Positions 27,716-40,730 of a DNA stretch of 64,000 nt are shown here, one piece after another (position 1 is the stretch's first letter; each line of letters starts with the position of its first letter). Location of the stretch: NCBI GenBank assembly GCA_965153455.1, contig OZ234494.1:1860001-1924000 (forward strand), given 5' to 3'. The stretch is from Sphagnum compactum. Lineage: Eukaryota. Under the pieces are notes generated by a model. The model did not search any database. It was not told where the DNA came from and was given only the letters and a program-made list of their open reading frames with translations. The translations under genes and the position numbers were made by a program.

Positions 27716-28549
27716 CGCTAAGAACTCCATGTTGCCTGATTTTTTTCCAACTCCGTTCTTGCTCAACTGTCCTGGTTCCTTCTTCCGGCACTTCTCGATT
27801 GAATCTACGAATGCAGCTCCACACATGCGCCGCTTCAAATCATTTTCCGCAGCTTCTTGCCATGTTATATAGAAAATATGAGCCAGCCCGTATATAATTC
27901 AAGCAAGGATCTTCTTCCTCTGCCAAGAAACATCCTCCATTCACATACGAAATAATGCCAAAAGTCTCGGTTTCAGGGTACACATTTCCCACCACACTCA
28001 CTTCTCCGGATCTCCGAAGCTTCAACAGTTTACCCAATGGCCCAATTCAGCTGCACCAAGAGGACAAACATCACCCGATCCTTCCACGCCCAAGAAAAAC
28101 GCCACCCTTCAGACAGTACAAAGATCACCACCCACATTGTTTCTCCTCTAAACCCCAGTTGTCGTGTTGCAAAGCAATATATCCATCATCTTCAGAGGAT
28201 ACCATTACAGTGCAAACTGTAATGATATTCATTTCTATTAGCAGACGCAAACTGGATCGGTCCAAAGAAGAAAGAAAGCGAGGAGAAGACCGAAACGGAG
28301 AATGAGACAGAGAACCCTCTCTCCAACCTCCGGAATATCCAAGGGAGAAGTCCAATAAATAAAAGACACGTGTGAAACGAGACGCTGGCTGCCAACGGTT
28401 TTGGGATCCAGTTACAGGGACATTTCGCTTTCACACTTGACAGCTGGGTCTCGCCATGCTTTGTCTTTTGTTCTTTTAAGTTCTATGTTCACACGAGGTA
28501 TCCCTTTCGGCTTGATTTACCCAGCACCCACCAGTGCACCATCCAAAAA

Positions 28550-30590
28550 ATCCCGTTCTGGGATTTCATGGAAGGGATGAAACTATCCCCCCGGGGTCAG
28601 TTTACTTGGTCAGTTTTTATATCACTTTTTTTTCGGCCCACCCCTGACCCCAAGTTTTTTTTTGGGAAGCACCTACCTACCCTCCAAACCTAAACCCTAA
28701 ACCCTAACTCACCTAACCCCTTCTTCCTACAAACTCACCTACCTCTCTCATCTTGTTGGCCCCCTCCCCACCCACCTCCTTTTGCACTCACTTCCATCGC
28801 CAAAGCTTGAGTAGCTCAAAGCTTTAGGAATGATGCTCGTCTTCAGGAGCTTCAATGTGGTGGCCATTGGAGCACGAAAGCAAGAGGAGCAAGGAGCTTC
28901 AAGAGTGCTGCTCGTCATCAAAAGCTTAAACATGGTAGCAATAGGTGCGTGAAATCAAGAGGAGCTAAGTGGGAGCTTGAAGGTAAGCTCCCTTCTCCTC
29001 CTCCTCGTTCATTTTTTGCATTCTTATTTTTCTTTTTCTTTTCTTTATTGCGAAGAATACGACGATGGCAATGTCGTCGTGTCGTCGTCGTCCTCTTCTT
29101 TTGCTTTGCAACCATGAAAAATGACAACGAACAACTACACTACTTATCATCCTTTTCTTGTGGTATTGTTGCAAATAAGATGACCATGGGGAAAAATGAC
29201 GATGAGCAACATAGCTGCTCATCATCGTTCTCATGTGGTTATGCAAGAGTGAAAGAATGACAATGATCAGCCACACTATTCATCATCATCCTTTTTTCCT
29301 TTTTTTTCTTTTTTGCAACTGTGAACAAGGACAATGAGTGCAACTCATCATCCTTTTCAAGTTTCAAAATACGTGCAAGTAATGACGACAAGTAACGTTG
29401 TTGTTTATCATTGTTTTAGTTCTTTTCCAAAAGAAAGAACAACGAGCAGCTGCCCTGCTCATCATCATCCTTTTTTTTCATCATTCTTTCTCTTCAAACA
29501 GCCCGGCTATTCATCATCATTTTAATTCTTTTCCAAGAGAAAAAACGATGATGAGCAATCGCACTGCTTGTAGTCATTTTTATTTTTTTTGTTTGTAACT
29601 ATGAAGGAAGACGATGAACTGCACTCGTTGTCTTCTTCAAGTTTCGAGGTAAACATTCAGTAATGAAAGGTCATTGACAAGCTTTTGTTATTGGGCGCAA
29701 GCTGACAATGAACATCCTATTTTTCTTTTGGCAGTTCTGAAAGAGGACAACGAGTTGTGCTCATCATCCTCTTCAAGTTTCGAAGCATGCATAGGTAACA
29801 ATGACAAACAACATTGTTGTTTGTCATCGTTTTAATTCTTTTCCAAGAAAAAAGAACAACGACGAATAGCCGCGTTATTCATCATCATTTTATATTTTTT
29901 GTTCACAACTATGAAGGAAGACAACGAACTGCACTTGTCGTCCTCTTCAAGTTTTGAAGCAAGTGTTCAATAATGAAAGCTTGTTGACAAGCTCTCATTA
30001 CTGGGTGCAGGCTAACAATGAACATCTTTTTTTTTGTAGCTATGAAAGGGGACAACAAGTTACATTCGTCATCCTATTTGAAACAAGCTTTAGGTAATGA
30101 CAACAAGCAACATCACCACTTGTCATCAGCCCTTTTTTTTTTTTACAAATGTGAAAAAGACGACAATTACAACTCATTATCTTCTTCACAACTACAGAGT
30201 AAGCGCCACATAGTTATTTCCAAGGTAAAAAACATGGGTGCTCATCTTGCGCTATATAATGATGAACGCGACAACGTTCATCATCATCAATTTTTTTCAT
30301 TTACTACTTGTAGGCTCCTAGTGTTCCTCTGCTTTGCATCTACACAGTTGGTGAGAGAATGGAAAATGAACCAAGAACTAAAATAATGCATGTTATGTTG
30401 TTTGTGTTTTTGTTAAATGCAAATTCGAAAGAAAGCAATGGATGTTGGAGCAGATCAACAAGTTTCAACAAATGTTATAGATGGCATGGGAGGTGTCATG
30501 AATGAAGGACATTTAAAGGCTAGGGTGATGGGACATAAGCAAATGTTGAGAATGTGGTGTCACCAAAAAGAAAGGAGAGATTTTTTCTCT
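28550..30590. mobile_element. Unclassified repetitive element: C-rich end, telomere-like motifs, and an internal ~310-bp tandem duplication made of short palindromic modules
   Basis: ACCTACC tracts and AAACCCT copies at 28670-28745. ACTATGAAGGAAGAC...ACAATGAACATC occurs at ~29598 and ~29908 (period 310). Recurring GACGAYGAG...CTCRTCRTC mini inverted repeats. Confidence 0.5.
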
Positions 30591-32324
30591 GTGTGTAAAT
30601 CCCTAATGTTGGGTATACATACTCAATAGGAATTTTTGAAATCTTCCTGAGTTAGAAAGAAGGTTATTACAAGTATTATCTCTACATCTATATCCTTACA
30701 AACACCAAACTTTATTATCTTAGTTCTATGGACCTCAAGGGATTAGATCTCTCTTGATTTCCTTTCAAGGAGCCAACTGGTTACTTAATGAGAGTGGTAG
30801 CTCACACTTCAACAACAGAAATCCCACAAATACAATCCCGACATCATCACATGGTTCCTCCCACAAATTGGACAGAAACTCAGAACAGAATAGGTGAGTA
30901 ATCTTATACACTTCATAGTATCCCTTTGTTCCCAAAATCCTCGGAGCTCCCATTATCCAGCATATACTCTCTTCTCATAATGACCACATTGCACATTCAC
31001 ATTAAGACCCCCAACTTTCAAAGATGAGGCTGCCTCAACAACCACTCCTGTATCCTTGACTCTCTCATCATTTCCCTTGTGTTGATCCCTAAAAATGAAA
31101 ATGCTAGACCCCTTAATCTCTTTTTGACGTTCTTGGCACAGTGGAAGATCAAGCATCAGGGTTCTTGATGAAAAAGAAGTCCAGATCAACTTCTGCACCA
31201 AACTGATTACAATCCAAATCCAAAATCAACTCCACACTTGTTGGTTATCATAAAATCTAAAAACTTAGCTTCATCCCCTCGCTAAAAGTCTGCATTCCTT
31301 CTCCTCGGCCAACTTTATATAGCTTGTCTTTTCTCCACCACCCTTCGCTCCCCTGAAAGCTCCCATCAATCCTCCACCAGAGCCGTGATTCACACAGCTC
31401 ATAAATTGAGCAGCCAAAATCGTGTTCCATCACTAAAACCAGTTCACCAAGATCACTCCACAATAACCTGCAAAACAACAAACCAAGCCAAAGACAGAAA
31501 AACTAGAAAATAATTTTTTTGGCGCCCTTGAAACATCACACCTCTAACAGTTCTACCGCAGAGCTGAATTAGGGTTTTCTGCTTTCATCCACATAAAACG
31601 TTTAACATTGTTTTTAAGTCACAGTGGTTCCATTGGTTGCAAATGAAATTATTGAAGAAGAAGAAGCGAAAGTAAGTGAAGATGTTGGGGAAACATCTAA
31701 GGGAGATGTTAATTAAATTAAGATGGATTTGGAGAGAACTATTTTGATGATATAGGACCAAGAAAATGTAATTTCTATTGTTCCATTATTGGAGCAAGAG
31801 AATGCAATGAAGATGTTGAATCTCATGCACATATTGATGGAGGTGACATAGGCATTGAACTTCACTTATTATAATTATTACCCCACCCATCCTCTTAAGT
31901 GGAAAGGATGTGTGGGGTTTTTTTTGTCAAATTTGTGATTGTAATACCTTCCTTAATTGTGGTCCTTAAACTTCTTCATGCCCCACCTTCCTTCTCCATG
32001 TGAAAAGGTGGGTGGGGCATTTTTTTTGGGTTTAAATCTATAGGCAATAACTTTAGGCTTTGTAGGTGATATTGTTATATTTAAGATTTGCTTCATTTTC
32101 TGCAAATTTCAATACTATAGTTTAACAATACCTTCATCTTGTGTTTTTGTTCTTTTTTCTTTCTATATAATACCCTCATCTGGTGTTTTTTTCTTTTTTC
32201 TTAGATTGTGCAATACCCTCATTTTATATTATAGTCGTATATCTATCTATGTAATACCTTCGTTGTTTAGGGGATAAGCTTCATCTAAAATATTAAGTCT
32301 CACATTAAGTTTTTTTTATATTTT

Positions 32325-33210
32325 TTGGTTTCAAATGCGGTTGCCCCTCCCCCGGTTGCCATAAAAGGTGTCCATTGGGCAAATGATGGGCCCAAGTTTG
32401 CTTGTAAGGTTGATAGGTGCAATGCATCCTATGCAGCCAAGTACAATTTGGTGTGGCATTTGCGAGCGCATCACAATGTTACCATGGAACCAAGCAAGCC
32501 CGAACGCCCATCTATTCGGAAGCAAGGCCCAAGGGTTCAAGATCACATGGCAATGCATGTGCAGGTCTTGAATAACCCTTTGGCCCAATCTTGTCGCAAT
32601 GAACAAAAGGTTATTAGGCTAGGGGGCATGCATTCTTGGAGTGGGATAGGTTCCAAGTTGATTTGCAATACACACTTGAGGTGCCTAAGCCCGCACTTGT
32701 GAAGGTAGCCTCTAACCACATTCTTCAGCTTTTTGACATGATTGCATGGGGTGTGGGGGCCATCCCTCTCAATGTGTAAGCCAAGCTGGAATGCAATGAG
32801 GACCTTGCACTTGTGATTGAAATGATTCGAGCCGAGTATACAAAGGCATTCAAAGGCACTTGCATGGAACACGACTAGAAGTTTGCATCAAATAAGACAA
32901 TGTGTCGTAAGGAAATTGGCCTCTTTTTGCAATACCATGATAAAAAATAATTCATGGTCAGTAAGTTTCTAACAATGCCATACTGAATTTTATTTGAATT
33001 CTAGGTTTTAGAATTCATATGCAATACTTATTATATTATGTTGTTTGTTTTAGGGTTTGAAACACCACCAAGGAGGTGTTTGTGGTGGATATTATGGATG
33101 CAGCATTAGCCAATCGACGGGTTTTTACGCAATGGCACACCTAGGATGTAGAGGTTGTATCAGTGCGGTACAAGAGGGCCAATGGGATCCCATCCGCCTC
33201 CGGTAGTGAC
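32325..33210 (+). pseudogene. Frameshifted C2H2 zinc-finger gene, probably carried by a transposon
   Basis: FACKVDRCNASYAAKYNLVWHLRAHH fits C-x4-C-x12-H-x3-H. After a frameshift near 32620 the frame continues ...HAFLEWDRFQVDLQYTLEVPKPALVKVASNHILQLFDMIAWG with in-frame stops. It is embedded in CAATACC-rich repeat DNA. Confidence 0.6.
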
Positions 33211-33549
33211 ATAGATTAGATTATCCCGTAATTTATCCCACTTTTGATTAAGGTGTTGTTTTGGTCTTCAGGATTTTGGGTAACAATTAGTTTTTGAGGC
33301 AACCACATGTTCCCCAATTTAGGTTGGGGTTGTTTTGGACTTGGGCATTTTTTGCACATTTTTGTAACAAATGTCACCCCTGTTTTTTTATTTAAGGCAT
33401 TTTACTTCCATTTCGCACCATCTTGTGTTAATAATTACAAATACATTCTCACATATTCTTATATGTATGTTTGATAAATTTATCAAAACAATGATTGTAG
33501 TCTTGCACTCAAACCAAAAAATCTTTCTTTACCCCCCAAAATTAGAAAT

Positions 33550-34400
33550 TCAAACTAAAAAAAAAAGCAATACCCGCATGAACGTATTCTATAAACACCA
33601 TGGATTGAATTGTTTTGGTCCAAGCTATTGGAGGGGTATTGCTTGTGCCCATAAATATTCAATGCACATGTAATACCCCTATTAAGGTATATTAAAAATC
33701 CTTTGGGTTTTATAACATATTTAAAGAATCCTAGAAGGGTATTGCATAACCTTAACAAAACCTAGAAAGAATACAATACCTTCATGAGGATATTCTATAA
33801 ACAATATGGATTAAATTATTTTGGTCCAAGCTATTGGAAGGGTATTGCTTGTGCCCAAAATTACTCAATTGGTATGTAATACTTTTGTTAGAATATATCG
33901 AAAATCTTTTGGGTTCCATCACATATTTATTGAAACCTGGAAGGTATTACTTAAACCTATAAGGAAATCAATACCTTATTTGGGGTAATCTACAAACACC
34001 ATGGGTCCAATTATTTTGGTTAGTCTATCAGAGGAGTATTGCTTGTGACTAGAAATATTCAATTCACATGCACTACCCCTCCTCAAGTATCCCATAAAAC
34101 CTTTGGGTTCCATAACATATATTTTGAAATTTGGAAGGGTATTGCATAGCCCTATCAAAACCTAGAAGGAAAGCAATACCCACATCATTTTGCAATAATA
34201 CATAAACCATGAAACAATTTTTTTTTTAAAAAAAACTTATTCCATGCTCATTATATCATACTAAACATGTTGATTCAAATAAATAAGGGTATTACAAAAT
34301 TCTTCACATTGATGGTAAAATGTCACTTGAACAAAGTTATGTAATTGAAATGCAATACCTGCATCATCTTGGGATATGCATTCACCATGAAACTTGGAAG
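33550..34400. repeat. Left arm: ~3 tandem ~200-bp units plus adjoining sequence, inverted relative to 38520-40730
   Basis: GGGTTYYATMACATAT anchors at ~33705, ~33911 and ~34106. 34141-34393 aligns to the reverse complement of ~38523-38780. Confidence 0.85.
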
Positions 34401-37400
34401 GGTATTGCATAACCCTACCAAAATGTAAAAGGAATAAAATACCACACCATATATTCTAAACCATGATACAAATGAAGGTACTATCAAGTTCGTCACATTG
34501 ATGGTAAAAGGTAATGAAACTATCACTAAAATGAAGATATTGTAGTTACACTTCAAAACTTTCTTGAAGTAAAACCTTATACCATCAATGTAGCAAATAT
34601 TGCAATACCTTCATTTACATATACCAGCAATTTTGCATTGGTCCATTAAACGATTCTTACCATTTATGAGTTTGAAAATGTCTTTCAATTATATTTAATG
34701 TTTATTTAAAAAATTTAACATGAAATAATCATTAAGATATTATATGTATAAGAATGAAACAATAATAATAAATCCACACATTAATTAATTAAATATATCT
34801 TTTTTGATATATTATAAAATAAATTTTACATAGAGGTAAGAAAATACATTGAGTAAACATACATGATATTAGGTACTTATATTTCAAAATTCAATTAAAA
34901 CCTTGATTCTTAAACCTTAACCCTAAACCTTGATTGAAGGAAGTCAGGGTTCTAACTAAAGGAATTTTTTATGTTCCAAAACAAAAAGAACAAGGAGGAT
35001 GATTTAGTTAATGCTAGGGTTGATGAGAGATGCCTATGGCTTGCCTGGGAATATTCATCAATGATACAATGCATTGCTATGTTGCAAGAAATTCTATTTG
35101 CATTTTAGAGGTAGCATAGCTAAACAATGTAAGAGGTCCTAATTCTGCAAGGAGGGAACAACGGATGTAGTTGGCAAGTGACCTTATGCAATACCAAATT
35201 GTATGATCATTAGAAAGCATTTGCAATGGACCATTGCCTAAAGAAGAAAGTGTTTACTCTTATTAAAATAATTGTTTTGATGTCCATTTTTTTATGATTT
35301 TAGTTTTGAAAAGCCAATCCCTAGAGGTTTATCAAGCCCGAGACTAAAGCAACAACTTTACTATATTCAATTAAGGCAGGATGATGACATCATTGAATCA
35401 GGGGTATTTGAGAAGCAAAAACCACCTGGAGACTATGATGCATGAAAATGGAGCTTTGGCACATTCACCCAATGTCCAAAATGATCCTACTACTTATCTT
35501 TGATCATCATAAACAAGTCAGTCACATGAGGTAACATATAGATCATATGCATTAAGGACATGATTTCTACCAACCATTTGACTAGCTACCTAATGCCCAA
35601 GTCTTTTCCTGAATAATCTATTGTATTTTTTTATTGAAGAATCAATTTGATGATCTAGGTGGTGAACATCTTAAAATAGTTCCATTCACAGCAAAATCAT
35701 TGTTGTGCTCAACGAAAGTTGGAGGATTCAACATCTTCATGCTTGATGTAGTAGTAACTTAATCACAATAACTATAATGTTGTCTAACTCTTTGGTGGAT
35801 TCAATCTACACAAGGAGTTGCACCGTTAAGTCATGTTCAACTTCTCAACGTGTCGAGAACATTGCATAACAACTTGGCCTTCACAAAGTTTTTGAATCCA
35901 CACAAACTTTGGCATGGTTTCCAAAAGCTTACGAACATTTTCATACCCAGTTATTTTTTAGTTCAAATCACACCCAAAACTATATTTCAAGGTTTCTTGG
36001 AAGCTTCCAGGAGCAAACCCTCCTCTATGAACAAACAACAACTTGAACATTAACTCCTCGTAGTTAGCTATCATCTTTAGAACACTATGGAAGTTAGTTA
36101 TATTGTAGTTGTTTTTCTTTGTTGTTACAATGATAGTGATGTGGTGGGAGATGGAGAACGTACCTCCTTCGCCCTATGATTTATTGGAACATTCCCATGT
36201 TCTTCTAAAGCACACTTTGGTTCTCCACCACAAAGAGAATTTGGGCTTGTTCAATGTGCAAGCGCTTATCCAAGTGCTTGCATATGGGTGCTTGAAAATA
36301 TTATCTAAAATTGTCTATATAATTGTCACCCAATCAGGCATCTGCTTACAACATTGTTGCTACATTTCATCACATTTGGTAAAAAAAACTCCACCTTGAA
36401 TATCTTGTCAATTTGATGGGTAGAGAATCTCCGACAAATTGGACAATACGCACTTCCTTTTTTCTTGTTTGCTTGCTAATCAGAATAAACATGATAGTTG
36501 TGTGTTTGTTGTGCAGTTAATGTGGGACATTACCTAATGTGGAGGAGTCGGAGGTTACATCTAGTACAAATTATAAATATTCATTGCCAGTATGTTGTTA
36601 CAAAATTCCAAAGGCTCATATTAGAAGTAACAACTTACATAATTATATATTAATTTCATGGTGCATTATTTTCATTTTTCATTCGAAGTTTTACAATTAT
36701 ACCTAAAGAATTTGACTAACAACTCATTTGGACTACAACCCATTAATTATGGCCATTGATGAAGTTATTACCTTAAGTTTGTTGTTGCAAAATTTGCAAG
36801 TGATATGGTGTGATAATGTCTTGATTTTGAGTCAATTGATTAGGCAAACAATTTTGAAAGGTTTTAAAACTTGCCTATCATTTCACTGTACATGTTAAAA
36901 AATTTTGTTTTCATGAGGTCACTGCATATCAATAGGTATTCAAAGAAAACCACAATAAAAAAAAGTTTTAAAAGATTACAAAATTTGAACCAAATTTGGG
37001 TTCTCAAAAACTCTTTAAACTGGTATTGCACATTCAATGTTACACACATTAACCATGGCATTGGCAATGCTTTCAATGGGTTGATGATTTCTAGAAAAAT
37101 TCATGTAATGTAACAACCACCTTTGACGTAAGAGGATGAATGAAAATGGAGACAAAACTATGAATAGGAAATTATTTCAAGTTTAACTTTTTGTAAGTTG
37201 ATAGTATCTTAGTTTATAATCATCATAAATGAAAGGATTTAAATAGTGGATCCTAGGTAGAATCATGCTACATCCATTACAAAAGGATTACATATCATAG
37301 CCCGACTAATGAATTCAGTTGTTACTTTTAAAGCATTTGGAACACAAATTTTAAACAACCACAATTGGAAAAAAATTCAAGGTTTTAAAAGCCTCATTTG

Positions 37401-38519
37401 AAGAATGCACCTTTGAAGAATACCCCACCTTTGCCCCACCTTCCTCCTCGATCAAATGTTTTATTAAAATTTCTACCAAGCTAAAATAGTTATGCGAATA
37501 TTCTATTTCTATAAATGTAAATATATATAATTTCAAACATTAATAAACTAAGAATATCATCATTCAGTAGATTGTAAACTAAAATTGATATTGAATTAAT
37601 TTACAAGGACTAAACTTACATAAGATTAATAATTTATATTTCAAACTTCAATTACAATATTTCAATTTACATAGAAATAATATTCAATTCCACACATTGA
37701 TAAAATATACAACATTAATAACTTATCTTTTGGAATTTTTAATTATCATTAAATTTTACAAAAAAAATTGCACTATACATAACCATGGGTGTTTATATGT
37801 AGTTTAAATTTAATATATATTTTTAATCGATTCTTATCTAATTTTAAATAAATAAGAAAACATTTATATGTATCGAAATGAGTCAACAATATAATTCCAT
37901 AATATCATTAATTATATATAATGTACTACTCGATATGTTATAAATAACAATATATTTAGACCAATATTATACATTATAAAAAATAAAATTTACATAAGGA
38001 CTGGTGTTATATCTTTATAAAATATAAAATATTATCGACCTACTATATAATTATTTTAAGCTAAAAATTATTTATTATATGTCAAAAAAAATTCAATCAT
38101 ACATAGGATTAATATATGGGAGAGACCATTTTTATTATTATATGAACCATTAAAAAAAGTAGAAAATCATGTGCTTTAATTAATTTTTAAAAACATAAAT
38201 ATTTTATTAAATTTGAAACTTTATGTTCTTTTTTCTGAAATGAGGTTACAACTTCAAAAGGGAAAAACATAAATATTTACATCATTGAAAAAATGTGAAA
38301 CATGAATTTTTAATTTTTTGATTTTGACAAATTTTGAATTCTAACATTAATTATTAAATTTTACATTAAACCCTAAACCCTTGTACCATCAATGTGACCA
38401 ATTTTTCATTATGTTCAATTTTTATATATGTTAAATCATATTGTAAGATGAATAAATAATTTTGAAAACATGGATTTCATGATATATTGGTAGAAAATCA
38501 AATATTTAAAAAACATTTT

Positions 38520-40730
38520 TATGTTTCATGGTGAATGCAAATATCCCATGATGATGCAAGTATTACATTTAAACTCCATAATTTTGTTCAAATGATCTTT
38601 TACCATCAATGTGAAGAACTTTGCAATACCTTCATTTACTTGAATCAATATGTAGGGCATGTTATATAAAACATGGAATAAATATTTTTTAAAATATCAT
38701 TTTGTTTCATGGTTTAAGATATTATCACAATATGATGCAAGTACTACTTTCCTTCTAGGTTTTGGTATGGTTATGCAATACATTTACAAGTTTCAAAAGA
38801 TATGTTATAGAGCCCAAATGATTTTTGGGATACCTTGAAAAGAATAATGCATGTGCATTGAATATTTTTATTCATGAACAATACCCTTCCGATAGTTTAG
38901 ACCAAAATAATTTAGACCATGTTTGTCGCGACCTTAGCTTTGGGCTTGAAAAGGGGCGAGCCGAGAGTGAAGCCCAAGAGTCACATTCACACTCCCGAGA
39001 ATGTACGAAAATGTGAGGGAATGAACCCACACACACTCCCAAGTGGGCTCCCACTTTGGGAATTAAAGTGCCAATGGATTTTTGAATTTTCAAAGGGCGA
39101 TTTTAGGGTCAAAATTCATTAGATTGAAAAAATCTTTATACCATTGGAAAACTCTTGAAACTTAGATGTCTAAAATGGGTTTGCATGACCCATTTGAGTA
39201 TTTAAAACATAAGGTATGGCCGAAAGAAGGGCCGAAAGTCAAAGTGCCAATTTGACTCCCAACCATTAAAAGTCAGGAATTGCCATGATTTATTTGCATG
39301 CAGGTGGTTTGACACATATCATTGGAAAGCTCTTGACAAGGGCTACAATGTTTTTAGAAAACGTACATCAATTGGAGGTCTTCACAAAAAGTAGTTATGG
39401 GCCTCTAAAGTCGTGGGAAACTCAATTTTGGGACTCTTAACTTGGGAGTCCCGGGATAAAATGACATTTGGGTGCAGCCCCCATAGCTAATCACAGATAA
39501 TACTATAAGGGGGAAGGTGGTGGCTTCCCCCAAGTTTAGGCTATGGTGAATATTGTGAGTCCGTGTATGCCCATGGCTCGTCCGTGCACCAAAAGTGCTC
39601 CAACTATGCACTAACCAATTTGTTATTTGGTTTGTGCAGGTCCGTGTGAATAATTGACCCGCTTATCACTCGTCCTACTCTCCATCCCAGAGCTCCAACA
39701 TGCCCTTCTTACCCCGAAGTGTTACGAGCTAGGGAGCATACCCTAACTCTTTTTTTCTTCCGCTATTTTCACCTTTCGACTTGCAGTTGAGTCTATCAAG
39801 GAGTTTGGCGAGTGCATCAATGTTGGTAAGGTTGTGCATTACCCCTCCAAGTTTGAAAATATATGTTATGGAACCCAATGTATTTTTGGGATAACTTATA
39901 AAAGGTATTGCAGGTGTATTGTGTAATTTTGAACATGAGCAATACCCTTCTAATAGTGTACACCCATGGTGTTTAATTACTGAATACTCTAATGAAGGTA
40001 TTGTTTCTTTGTAGGTTTTGGTATGCCTATGCAATACCCCTGCAAGTTTCAAAAGAGATGTTATGGAACCCATGTATTTTTAGGACACCCTACAAAGGGG
40101 TAATGCATGTGCATTGAATATTCTTTGCCATATGTAATACCCCTTTAATAATTTAGACTAAAATAACTTAGCCCATGGTGTTTACTGAATACCCCAAGTA
40201 GGGTATTGTTTTGTTTATAGGTTTCGGTAGGGTTATGCAATACCCCTCCATGTTTCAAGTTATGGAACCCAATGTATTTTTGGGATACTTTGAAAAGGAT
40301 AATGCATGTTCATTGAATCTTTTTAGGCATGAACAATACCCCTCTAATGGCCTAGACCAAAATAATTCAGCCCATGGTGTTTCCAATGTAGCCCATTAAG
40401 GGTATTACATCCCATCTAGGTTTTGGTAGGGCTATGCAATATTCCTTCAATTTTCAAAAGATATGTTATGGAGCCCAATGTTTTTTTGGGATACTTTGAA
40501 ATGGGTATTGCATGTTCATTGAGTCTTTTTGGGCATGAACAATACCCATTTTATAGTCTAGACCAAAATAATTCAGCCCATGTTGTTTATAGTGTAGCCC
40601 AATGAGGGTATTGCATTCCTTCTAGGTTTTGGTAGGGCTATGCAATACCCCTCCAATTGTTGAAAGATATGATGTGGAGCCCAAATTATTTCAGGGTTAC
40701 CTAGAATGGGGTATTGTACATTCATTGAAT
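38520..40730. repeat. Right arm: ~6 tandem ~194-206-bp units in the opposite orientation, interrupted by a solo LTR
   Basis: TATGGARCCCAA-like anchors at ~38805, 39867, 40061, 40261, 40467 and 40673. Units are rich in GGGTATTG / CAATACCC. Confidence 0.85.
38924..39819. mobile_element. Solo LTR (896 bp) with 5-bp target-site duplication
   Basis: Begins TGTCGCG and ends GCATCA (TG...CA). Flanked by identical ATGTT at 38919-38923 and 39820-39824. No coding capacity. Confidence 0.85.

Noticed and set aside
28686-28708. Interstitial telomere (AAACCCT)n
   Set aside because: Only 2-3 units. Similar short runs at ~34912, ~38369 and ~56835 are routine in plant repeats.
30600-31490. Possible LTR/gag remnant (TGTTGG start, degenerate GHYEK knuckle on the minus strand)
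   Set aside because: No paired LTR, TSD or complete CCHC motif could be established by eye.
34950-37500. Transposase in the spacer between the inverted arrays
   Set aside because: Fragments look like decayed coding DNA, but I could not identify catalytic motifs. A profile search is needed.
33550-40730. CRISPR-like array in the ~200-bp periodic repeats
   Set aside because: Whole units are homologous with no unique spacers, the genome is eukaryotic, and there are no cas genes.
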